DNA of 64,000 nucleotides, taken from Patescibacteria group bacterium (GTDB lineage: Bacteria; Patescibacteriota; Patescibacteriia; Patescibacteriales; JBAZCA01). Under the pieces are notes generated by a model. It was not told the DNA's origin. It ran no database searches and was given only the letters and a program-made list of their open reading frames with translations. Positions within the stretch are counted from its first letter, which is position 1. Each line of letters starts with the position of its first letter. The translations under genes were made by a program, and so were the position numbers. The stretch is from positions 689 through 64,688 of the forward strand of contig JBAZCA010000003.1 in the NCBI GenBank assembly GCA_041671125.1, read 5' to 3'. Below, in pieces: positions 8,533 through 17,800 of the stretch.

Positions 8533-9123
8533 ATGCAAAAATATTTTTTTAAAATTTCCGCATTTATATTAATCATCATTCTTGTCTCTATTGGTGTATA
8601 TTATTATAATAGAACGAACCGAGAATTAATAATTATTTCAACGCCGCAAGGAGAGATAAAAATCGATAATATATATAAATTGGAAGGGGTCAAGGCTTTA
8701 TCCCTGAACGGAATAGCATTTAAAGAAACGGACAAATATTATTTGGCTTATTATCCCGAAGATCAAGGGTTTATAATCGCGATCTTAAATCCAAACATAG
8801 AGGACTCAAGAAAAGAAGCGGAAAAAGAGTTCATAAAACTGCTGGGTATAAATAAAACTGAGGCATGCAATCTGACCGTAGAATTATCTGTCCCATACAG
8901 CATAAATAAAGAAGTGTCTGGTAAAAACTACGGCCTCAGCTTCTGCCCGGACGGAATTCCATTTGACCAAACAGTATCCGAAGGGCAGGCCGAAAATTCA
9001 AGCGCTTCGCAGTCCGACTCCCTTCTGCAAAAACTTATGAACATTTTTAAAAATCCCCTCACCGTCGCCTTAGGAGCGGCGTTCGTTATAGTCGCCGGAA
9101 TCATTTTATTCGCGAGAAGATAA
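8533..9123 (+). CDS. bitopic membrane protein of unknown function (P5)
   Basis: ATG at 8533 lies 5 nt after the P4 stop. N-terminal TM helix, a soluble middle, and a C-terminal hydrophobic helix ending ...ILFARR. Confidence 0.45.
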   Translation: MQKYFFKISAFILIIILVSIGVYYYNRTNRELIIISTPQGEIKIDNIYKLEGVKALSLNGIAFKETDKYYLAYYPEDQGFIIAILNPNIEDSRKEAEKEFIKLLGINKTEACNLTVELSVPYSINKEVSGKNYGLSFCPDGIPFDQTVSEGQAENSSASQSDSLLQKLMNIFKNPLTVALGAAFVIVAGIILFARR

Positions 9124-9141
9124 TAAGCCTGCGCCAATCAT

Positions 9142-9360
9142 ATGATCCATTTTACCAAATACGCCGAAAAAAAATTTGAAATACTGAACGCTCACAAGGT
9201 TTTTATTACCCGCGAGCAGGTTGAAGAAACTGTTAAACTGCCGGACAAAGTTGAAAAGAAAGGCCGGCTAACTTCAGCTTGCCGGGACGGCGTGGGCGTG
9301 GTATATAAGAGGGAGGGGGAAGTTATTAAAGTATTAACTTTTTATCCGATAAAACAGTAA
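9142..9360 (+). CDS. small protein, DUF4258-like putative toxin
   Basis: 72 aa, immediately upstream of a DUF2283-like gene. The pairing and size fit the DUF4258/DUF2283 toxin-antitoxin arrangement. The sequence match is by recollection only. Confidence 0.4.
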   Translation: MIHFTKYAEKKFEILNAHKVFITREQVEETVKLPDKVEKKGRLTSACRDGVGVVYKREGEVIKVLTFYPIKQ

Positions 9361-9381
9361 CCGCGTTTATAAAATTTATTT

Positions 9382-9591
9382 ATGCTTTACGACCCCGAAT
9401 CCAACATATTATCCTGGGAGCTTGCAAAAGGGCCGATAAGCCGCGCCCGATCTTTCGGCAATTTTATAATCCACCTTTCCAAAGCCGGCCAGCCGGTTTT
9501 AATTGAAGTCTTAAACGCTTCCCGCTTCGTCGGGCAGTTTGAAAAAATTAAAGAACTTGGGAAGTTAAAAGCAGTTCAAACCGGAAATTGA
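9382..9591 (+). CDS. DUF2283-like putative antitoxin
   Basis: Pattern YDPESNILSWEL......PVLIEVLNAS matches the YD.E.D.L.I.L....G.IVGIEIL.AS signature of DUF2283. Confidence 0.55.
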   Translation: MLYDPESNILSWELAKGPISRARSFGNFIIHLSKAGQPVLIEVLNASRFVGQFEKIKELGKLKAVQTGN

Positions 9592-9608
9592 AAAATCAAA
9601 TATTTTTT

Positions 9609-10529
9609 ATGACAACTAATCCCGTCCAAGTTAAACCTAAATCAAAGCAACTCCTTTCCCCCGGTCATCGGGCTTGCGCCGGTTGCGCGCAGTTAATCGC
9701 CGCCCGAACCGTAGCCGAAGCGCTCGGACCGAACGTCATTATCGCTAACGCCACCGGCTGTCTTGAAGTTACGACCACCCCTTACCCTGAGTCAGCCTGG
9801 GGCATGCCGTGGATTCATTCGTTGTTTGAGAATGCCGCTTCTATAGCCTCCGGGGTTCAGGCGGCATTAATTTACAAAAACAAAATTCAAAGTTCCGTGA
9901 TGCCGAAGGTAGTCGCTCAAGGCGGGGATGGTTCCACTTTTGATATCGGTTTCGGAAACATTTCCGGCATGTGGGAACGGGGAGAGGATATCCTCTATAT
10001 CTGCTACGACAACGAGGCTTACGCCAATACCGGCGTTCAGGCTTCCGGCGCGACGCCTCCGGGCGCCAATACGACAACTTCCCCTTCGGGTCGGCAGTCA
10101 ATCGGTTCTGATTTAAGAAAAAAAGACATGATTGCCGTAGCGCTGGCTCATGGCTTAAAATACGTCGCGCAGACTACCGCCGGTTTCCCTTTAGACATAA
10201 CCGCCAAAGTAAAAAAAGCCATCGCCACCCCGGGTCCAAGTTATATCCAGATCATGGTGCCGTGCGTTCCTGGCTGGGGAATTGAACCGGCTGATTCAAT
10301 CCGGCTCGGAAAATTAGGCGCCCAAACCGGACTTTATCCGGTAATAGAATATATTGACGGCCGGTTTTCTGGCTCAATGAAAATTCCGAAGCCGACGCCG
10401 AGAGTGGAAGAATATTTAAAAGCCCAAAAACGGTTCGCCCATCTATTTAAATCCGAAGAAGGAAAAAAACAGATTGAGTTTTTGCAAATGATAGCCGATG
10501 AAAACATCAGAAAATACAATCTGAATTAA
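9609..10529 (+). CDS. porB: pyruvate/2-oxoacid:ferredoxin oxidoreductase beta subunit (TPP-binding)
   Basis: GHRACAGCAQ, GGDGSTFDIGFGNISG and YDNEAYANTGVQAS motifs. ATG at 9609 preferred over the TTG at 9588. Confidence 0.85.
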   Translation: MTTNPVQVKPKSKQLLSPGHRACAGCAQLIAARTVAEALGPNVIIANATGCLEVTTTPYPESAWGMPWIHSLFENAASIASGVQAALIYKNKIQSSVMPKVVAQGGDGSTFDIGFGNISGMWERGEDILYICYDNEAYANTGVQASGATPPGANTTTSPSGRQSIGSDLRKKDMIAVALAHGLKYVAQTTAGFPLDITAKVKKAIATPGPSYIQIMVPCVPGWGIEPADSIRLGKLGAQTGLYPVIEYIDGRFSGSMKIPKPTPRVEEYLKAQKRFAHLFKSEEGKKQIEFLQMIADENIRKYNLN

Positions 10530-10555
10530 AATGCAAAATGACAAAATTATTTTAT

Positions 10556-10635
10556 CGTCATCCTGAGCGTAGCGAAGGATCCCGTGAACAGAGCTATTGC
10601 CACGAGATTCTTCGGCCTTCGGCCTCAGAATGACG
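10556..10635. repeat. GC-rich double-hairpin repeat (CGTCATCCTGAGC...CTCAGAATGACG family), copy 1
   Basis: Outer arms cgtcatcctgag / ctcagaatgacg and inner arms gaaggatcccgtg / cacgagattcttc. Flanked by inverted AAAATGN heptamers. A second copy lies at 37624-37726. Confidence 0.75.
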
Positions 10636-10661
10636 AATTCAATTTTTACATTTTACATTAT

Positions 10662-10694
10662 AAAAAGACAGCCCTTCCGCAGGCTGTCTTTTAT
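10662..10694. terminator. bidirectional intrinsic terminator between convergent porB and rpoC
   Basis: Stem gacagcc/ggctgtc with an 8-nt loop, an A-run on one side and TTTTAT on the other. Confidence 0.6.
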
Positions 10695-10732
10695 ATTCTT
10701 AAATTCGTTTAGGCGAATGGCGTCCGCGCCTT

Positions 10733-13700
10733 TTATATCTGCTGAAACTTCTTGTTCGGATTAAATCCGGTTCCCGAAGGGATTAGGCGGCCGATAATTA
10801 CGTTTTCTTTCAGTCCTTCAAGATAATCAATTTTGCCGTTAATGGCGGCTTCAATTAAAACGCTTGACGTATTCTGGAACGAGGCGGCCGAGAGGAAGCT
10901 GTTCGTTGTAAGCGATGATTTGGTTATGCCAAGGAGTAATGTTTCCCCTTCAGATTCTTTTAATTTTTTTGATTTGGCTTCAATATTAGCGCGTTCAAAA
11001 ACGGCCTTTTCAACGATTTCTCCGGATAAAAGATCAGTGCCGCCGGCATCCTGGACGTAAATCCGGGAAAACATCTGCTTGGCGATTATTTCAATATGCT
11101 TTTCGTTTAAAGGCTGGCCTTGGGAAGAATATACGAACTGAATCTCTTTAATAATATTCTTTTGGGCCTCAAATTTCCCTTTAAGCCGGTAAAGCTGCTG
11201 GAGATCGAGCGACCCTTCCGTGAGCTGGTCGCCCTTATTAACAAGATCACCATCCTTAACCCAAACGGCAAAGCCTTTTGGAATTATGAACTCTTTGACT
11301 TTTTCGGCGCTTACTTTGACTTTGACGCATTTTTTATCCACCTGAACCAAGCCTTCTTTCTTGGCTTTTATTTCTTTCGCGCCGATAGTGAAAAGCGTGT
11401 CATTGGCTTTAACTTCGTCTCCGTCGGCCACGAGAATATTCGGTTTTAGCGCTTTCACCTTTTTCGTTTTTACCGCGAGGCCGTCCTTTTTATCCGATTT
11501 TTCCGAAGCCAGCTGCGCGTCTTTTATCGCTTCGGCAAAATAATATTTATCCGAATCAGTCCCTTCATAATAAACTTTTAAAATCTTGCTTTGAGAATTA
11601 TTGACGACCATTTTTCCCCGCTCATCCTCAATTATCCTTTCTGCCATTTCAATTTCCACCCGGCCGGAAACGTCAGCCATGTAGGCTTTTCTCTTCGGTG
11701 GACGGGCTTCAAAAATTTCTTCCACCCGGGGAAGACCCTGAGTGATGTCTTCCAATCCGGCTACGCCTCCGGTATGGAAAGTTCTCATGGTGAGCTGGGT
11801 TCCTGGTTCGCCGATTGATTGGGCGGCGATAATGCCAACCGCTGTTCCCATTTCCACCAGCTTGTTATAACCGAGATCAAAGCCGTAGCATTTGGCGCAG
11901 ACCCCACGGTTTAAATGACAGCTTAATACCGAGCGGACGCTGGCTTCGTTGATATTTTCCTTAGAAAGTTCTTCGGCTATTTTCTCCGAAATAAGTTCTC
12001 CGGCTTTAACCAGAACTTTTCCTTTGGCGTTTTTTAAATCTTTCGCCATCACCCGGCCGATAAGCCGCCGGGAAAGAGGAACGTTCATTTCCTCACTCTC
12101 GGTTAAGGTGATTAAGATGCCTTCTTCGTCGCCACAATCGTCCTTAGTAATAATTACGTCTTGGGCCACGTCTATGAGACGCCGGGTAAGGTATCCCGCG
12201 TTAGCGGTCCTTAGGGCCGTATCAGACAAACCTTTGCGAACGCCATGAGTGGAAATAAAATATTCAAGCACTTCAAATCCGGTTTTAAAGTTTCCTTTGA
12301 CCGGCAATTCAATAATATCTCCGGTCGGGGAAGTAACAAGGCCTTTCATTCCAAGAATCTGCGTCAGCTGGGCCCAGGAACCGCGCGCCCCGGACTCAAT
12401 CATGGAATAGATCGGCCCGTCTACCGGCAGACTGGCTTTGCATATTTCAGTAACCCGGTCTTTTACGCCGGTCCAAAGCTCAATGATTTTACTGTAGCGC
12501 TCGGAATCGGTTAAAAGTCCTTCTTCATACTGTTCCTGAATAATATCAACCTGTTTTTCGGCGTCACCTACCAACTTATCCCGTTCGGGTAAAGCCGGCA
12601 AATCGCCGATGCCCCAGGACAATCCGCTTTTGGTTATGTAGAAAAAACTGGCGGTTTTTAAGTTATCCAAAAAGTCCACGGTTTCTTCTTCGCTATAATG
12701 GAGCAGGCTCTTCCTTATAAGTTTTTTCAGCATTCCCTTGTCCGCCACTTCATTGACATAGCGGAGCTTTTCCGGCAGGACTTCGTTAAAAATTATCCGT
12801 CCGACGGAAGTTTCAACCATCTCTTTGCCTATTTTCACTTTTACCGAATGGTTCAATTTTACATGGCCGAGCTCATAAGCCAGCTTGGCCTCTTCCGCTC
12901 CGGAAAAATATTTCATTCCTTTTTCCCCGTTTTTCTCCACCGCGCCTGAAGGCTTTTTCTCGTCGGCCAGATTAGTCAGATAAAAGGCTCCCCAGACCAT
13001 ATCTTGCGAAGGCGCGACTATCGGGTCGCCGGTCGCCGGTTTTAAAAGGTTATGGGAAGAAAGCATTAAATCCCGGGCTTCGGCAATAGCTTCCTCGGTA
13101 AGAGGAACATGGACGGCCATCTGGTCTCCGTCAAAGTCGGCATTAAAAGCCGAACAAACCAAAGGATGAATCTGAATAGCTTTTCCTTCTATGAGTATCG
13201 GGCGGAAAGCCTGAATGCCGAGGCGGTGCAAGGTCGGGGCGCGATTCAAAAGCACGTATGACTCTTTGGTAATATTTTCTAAAATATCCCAGACTTCATT
13301 ATGGCCGGCTTCAATATAACGGCTGGCGCTCCGGACGTTATGGACCAACCCCATTTCAATAAGTTTACTGATTACAAAAGGCTTAAAAAGCTCCAAAGCC
13401 ATTACTTTGGGAAGGCCACATTCGTAAAGCCGCAGTTTGGGGTTGACGACGATTACGCTCCGGCCCGAATAATCAACTCTTTTTCCGAGGAGGTTCTGCC
13501 TGAAGCGTCCCTGCTTTCCTTTTAAGGAATCAGCCAGAGATTTTAGATTCCTTTTCTGGCCGGTGGAAGCGGTAACGGTTTTAGTATGGCGAGCCGAATT
13601 GTCAATTAAGGCGTCAACGGCTTCCTGAAGCATCCTTTTTTCGTTGCGGCAGATTACTTCCGGGGCGTTTAGCTCTAAAAGCTGTTTTAAGCGGTTATTC

Positions 13701-14731
13701 CGGTTTATTACCCGGCGATAAAGATCGTTTAAATCCGAAGTGGCAAACCGTCCGCCGTCTAAAGCGACCATCGGCCGCAGGTCCGGCGGAATGACGGGGA
13801 CGATGGACATAATCATCCATTCGGGGCGGATGTTGTTATGATGGAAGCTCTTAAAAGTTTTTAAGCGCTTGATCATTTTTTCCTTCTTTGATTCAACCGC
13901 TCCGACCAGCTCCTCTTCCAGCTCTTTGATGGACTTTCCCAAATCAATTTTTTCCAAAAGCTTCCTGATTGCTTCGGCGCCGATGCCGGCTTCAAAAATA
14001 TGACCGTACTTAAGGCTTAAATCCTGATAGGCGCTTTCCGAAATAATCGCCATCGGTTTCAGGTCTTTTAATTCTTTTATGGCCTTTTCAAAAACTTCGG
14101 CCAAGTCGCTTAACTTTTCGTCTTTAGCTTTTTGGAGCGACTCCAGCTCCTTGGACGAGGCGGGGTTGTTTTTACCGTCATCAGATTTTCCCTGCCTGCT
14201 TCTCACTTCTCCGGCCTGTTTTTTAAAATCGTTTTCAATCTGGAGTTTTTTTGACTTATATTCATCTTTTATCTGACTGATCGTGTCCTGCCTAAGCTGT
14301 TCGTTAACATCGGTTACGACGAACGAGGCAAAATAAATCACCTTCTCAAGCGCGAGCATGGAAAGGTCAAGGACTATTCCGAGCTTGGAAGAAAGGCCTC
14401 TTAAAAACCAAATGTGCGAAACCGGCGACTGGAGTCTGATGTGACCCATGCGGATCCGACGGACAATGCTTCTCGTCACTTCAACACCGCACTTGTCGCA
14501 GACAATGCCCTTGTAGCGGATTTTTTTGTACTTGCCACAATAGCACTCCCAGTCCTTAGAGGGGCCGAAAATCTTCTCGCAGAAAAGCCCGTCTTTTTCC
14601 GGCTTCTGGGTCCGGTAATTTATGGTTTCCGGCTTTAATACTTCGCCGTGAGACCAGGATAAAATGTCTTCCGGAGAAGCCAGCTTGAGTTTGATGGCTT
14701 CAAAATCGGTCGTTTTTATTGGATTTAACAT
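10733..14731 (-). CDS. rpoC: DNA-directed RNA polymerase subunit beta'
   Basis: 1332 aa with the Zn-finger CYCGKYK..CDKCGVEV and catalytic NADFDGDQMAVH. Confidence 0.97.
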   Translation of the reverse strand: MLNPIKTTDFEAIKLKLASPEDILSWSHGEVLKPETINYRTQKPEKDGLFCEKIFGPSKDWECYCGKYKKIRYKGIVCDKCGVEVTRSIVRRIRMGHIRLQSPVSHIWFLRGLSSKLGIVLDLSMLALEKVIYFASFVVTDVNEQLRQDTISQIKDEYKSKKLQIENDFKKQAGEVRSRQGKSDDGKNNPASSKELESLQKAKDEKLSDLAEVFEKAIKELKDLKPMAIISESAYQDLSLKYGHIFEAGIGAEAIRKLLEKIDLGKSIKELEEELVGAVESKKEKMIKRLKTFKSFHHNNIRPEWMIMSIVPVIPPDLRPMVALDGGRFATSDLNDLYRRVINRNNRLKQLLELNAPEVICRNEKRMLQEAVDALIDNSARHTKTVTASTGQKRNLKSLADSLKGKQGRFRQNLLGKRVDYSGRSVIVVNPKLRLYECGLPKVMALELFKPFVISKLIEMGLVHNVRSASRYIEAGHNEVWDILENITKESYVLLNRAPTLHRLGIQAFRPILIEGKAIQIHPLVCSAFNADFDGDQMAVHVPLTEEAIAEARDLMLSSHNLLKPATGDPIVAPSQDMVWGAFYLTNLADEKKPSGAVEKNGEKGMKYFSGAEEAKLAYELGHVKLNHSVKVKIGKEMVETSVGRIIFNEVLPEKLRYVNEVADKGMLKKLIRKSLLHYSEEETVDFLDNLKTASFFYITKSGLSWGIGDLPALPERDKLVGDAEKQVDIIQEQYEEGLLTDSERYSKIIELWTGVKDRVTEICKASLPVDGPIYSMIESGARGSWAQLTQILGMKGLVTSPTGDIIELPVKGNFKTGFEVLEYFISTHGVRKGLSDTALRTANAGYLTRRLIDVAQDVIITKDDCGDEEGILITLTESEEMNVPLSRRLIGRVMAKDLKNAKGKVLVKAGELISEKIAEELSKENINEASVRSVLSCHLNRGVCAKCYGFDLGYNKLVEMGTAVGIIAAQSIGEPGTQLTMRTFHTGGVAGLEDITQGLPRVEEIFEARPPKRKAYMADVSGRVEIEMAERIIEDERGKMVVNNSQSKILKVYYEGTDSDKYYFAEAIKDAQLASEKSDKKDGLAVKTKKVKALKPNILVADGDEVKANDTLFTIGAKEIKAKKEGLVQVDKKCVKVKVSAEKVKEFIIPKGFAVWVKDGDLVNKGDQLTEGSLDLQQLYRLKGKFEAQKNIIKEIQFVYSSQGQPLNEKHIEIIAKQMFSRIYVQDAGGTDLLSGEIVEKAVFERANIEAKSKKLKESEGETLLLGITKSSLTTNSFLSAASFQNTSSVLIEAAINGKIDYLEGLKENVIIGRLIPSGTGFNPNKKFQQI

Positions 14732-14735
14732 ATAG

Positions 14736-14841
14736 AATTTTTAATTTTGTAATTTTTAATTTCAAAATAATTTCTAATGTTTTAATGTTTAAAAATTTAA
14801 GCATTAATACATTATTTACAAAATTAAAAATTAAAAATTTT
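14736..14841. repeat. inverted AT-rich heptamer arrays in the rpoB-rpoC spacer
   Basis: gaatttttaattttgtaatttttaatttc (14736-14763) is reverse-complementary to acaaaattaaaaattaaaaatttt (14818-14841); 7-nt periodic units AATTTTN. Confidence 0.65.
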
Positions 14842-14855
14842 ATTATGTATCTTAT

Positions 14856-17800
14856 TTATTGCGCTCCTTCTTTCTTCTCGTCTTTATCGGCAATATAGTT
14901 TTCTCCGAAATCCACCTTTTGCATGTCTTCGTTTAAAAGCTCAACATCCAGACCAAGGCCTTTTAATTCCCTGACTAAAACATTGAAAGATTCCGGCACG
15001 TTTAGTTTCCTGATTTTTTCGCCCTTAATAATGGATTCATAAGCCTTGCTTCTTCCCGGAACGTCATCCGATTTAATAGTGAGCATTTCCTGCAGGGTGT
15101 GGGAAGCGCCATAGCCTTCCAGTGCCCAAACTTCCATTTCCCCAAACCGCTGTCCGCCGAATTGGGCTTTACCTCCCAAAGGCTGCTGGGTAATAAGCGA
15201 GTAAGGGCCGATTGACCGCTGGTGGACTTTATCTTCAACCATATGGTTAAGCTTTAGCATATACTTATAGCCAACGGTTATTTGGTGGTCATACGGGACG
15301 CCGGTCTTACCGTCATAAAGCGTCACCTTACCGTGTTCGGGCAGTCCGGCCCGCTTTAGTTCATCGGTAATGGTTTTCTCGCTGATTCCGTTTAGAGCCG
15401 GAGTGGCGACCGAGTAGCCGAGCTTTTTCGCGGCAAACCCAAGATGAGTTTCTAAAAGCTGCCCGAGATTCATCCGGGAAATAATGCCTAAAGGCGAAAG
15501 GATAATATCCGCCGGAGTGCCATCCTCAAGATACGGCATATCTTCCACCGGGACAATTTTGGAAATTACGCCTTTATTGCCGTGGCGGCCGGCCATTTTG
15601 TCGCCGATCTGAATTTTCCTTAAATTAGCTACTGAAATCTGGATAGTTTTTATCACGCCCGAAGAAAGCTTGTCGCCTTCTTCGCGGGAAAATATTTTTA
15701 TATCAACAACTTTCCCGTGTTCGCCATGTTCAAGATATAAAGACGAATCGCGGACGTCTTTGGCTTTCTCACCAAAAATCGCCCGGAGCAGTTTTTCCTC
15801 GGCTGAAAGTTCAGTCTCGCCCTTTGGGGTAATCTTGCCGACTAAAATATCGCCGGAAGAAACTTTAGCCCCGATCCGGACAATGCCTTCTTCGTCCAGA
15901 TTCTTTAGTTTTTCTTCCGAAATATTAGGAATATCGGAAGTAACCGCTTCAGGACCGAGTTTTGTGTCGCGAACGTCAATGGAATAGTCTTCAATATATA
16001 TGGAAGTATAAGTATCGTTAGCGACCATGCGTTCGGAAATAATAATCGCGTCTTCGTAGTTAAAACCCTCCCAGGTCATGAAGGCGACTAAGACGTTTTT
16101 TCCCAAAGCCAGCTCGCCTTTGTCAATCGCCGATGAATCGGTCAATACCTGCCCTTTTTTCACTTTCTCGCCTTTGGATACGATTGGTCGCTGATTGATG
16201 CAGGTGGAAGCGTTGGACCTTAAAAATTTCGTAAGCTGGTAGGATGCGGTTTTTCCGCCTTTCTCGCGAATGGCGATTGATCCGGAATCGGATTTTATCA
16301 CTTCGCCATCTTCTTCGGCGATTAAAATATGGCCAGAATAGCGGGCGGCCAGAGCTTCAACCCCGGTGCCGATAATCGGCGCCTCGGCGTTAATAAGCGG
16401 CACGGCCTGGCGTTGCATGTTGGTACCCATGAGCGCCCGTTGGCCGTCGTCATGTTCCATAAAAGGTATGAGCGAGGTGGCGACTGAAATTATTTGGTTA
16501 GCCGCTACCCCAAGATAATCTACTTTATCAGTATCCTCGGTGGCCGGCTGGCCGAATTTTCTCACTTCGGCCCTTTCAACCGTAAAATGATTATTATTAT
16601 CGGTCGGGGTAGTCGCCGACGTCGTAATGCTTCTTTCTTCTTCCAGGGCGTCAAGATAAACGATTTCATCGGTTACTACCGGCTTGATCGGGATAGTCTT
16701 GTTGTGTGGCACTTTTTCCCGAATTTCCCTAGCCTTTTCCTTACTAATCACTTCGCCCGCTTTAACCAACAGTTTGCCTTTAATTTCTTTCTGATCCTCT
16801 GTTTGGGATTCCCGCCCGCCTGACGCGTTCGGGCGGGTGGAATTTTGAATTTGTAATTTTATCTCGTGTATATCTTTCCGGGCGATTTTTCCTTCGGTAA
16901 TTTTCGGATCATTTTCCACGTCATGCAAAACCTTGCGGTAAGGCGCTTCCAAAAATCCATAATTATTCAGCCGGGCAAAACTCGCCAAATGGTTGACCAG
17001 ACCGATATTCGGGCCTTCAGGCGTCGCGATCGGACAAATGCGGCCGTAGTGAGTGGAGTGCACGTCCCGGACGTCAAAACCGGCCCGTTCACGGGTTAAG
17101 CCCCCGGGACCCATGGCTGAAAGCCTTCTTTTATGCTCCAGCTCGGACAACGGGTTGGTCTGATCCATGAACTGGGAAAGCTGGGAAGACATGAAAAATT
17201 CCCGCACCACGCCGATTACCGGACGGGCGTTAATAAGTTTGTTTGGCGTCAGGGCGTCCATGTCTATGGTGCTCATCCGGTCGCGAATAATCCGCTCCAT
17301 TCTCGCTAGTCCGACGCGAAATTTATTTTGCAAAAGTTCGCCGATGGCCCGAACGCGGCGGTTCCCGAGGTGGTCAATATCATCTTCTTTTTTCTGAGTG
17401 ATATTCAGGCGGATGATTTCGGATAAAATGGCAATCAAATCCTCTTTTCTTAAAATCCTGGTTTCTTTATTTACCGGAATGTCAAATTTAAAACGCTTAT
17501 TCAGCTTATAGCGGCCGACCCGGCCGAAATCATAACGGTCAAAACGGAAAAACATGGAGTAGATAAGCTGGCGGGCGTTGTCAGTCGTAGCGAGATCGCC
17601 CGGCCGGATCCTTTTATAGACTTCTTTTAAGCCGTCGGCTTCGTTCTGCGCTGCGTCCTTACCTATAGTCGCGGCAATGTAATTTTCCGCTTCGTCAAAT
17701 TCTTTATATAGACTTTTAAACAAAGCGTGAATTTCTTCGTCGGCGCCGAATCCGAAAGCCCGAAGAATAGAAGTGGCGGCCACTTTTCTTTTCCGGTCAA

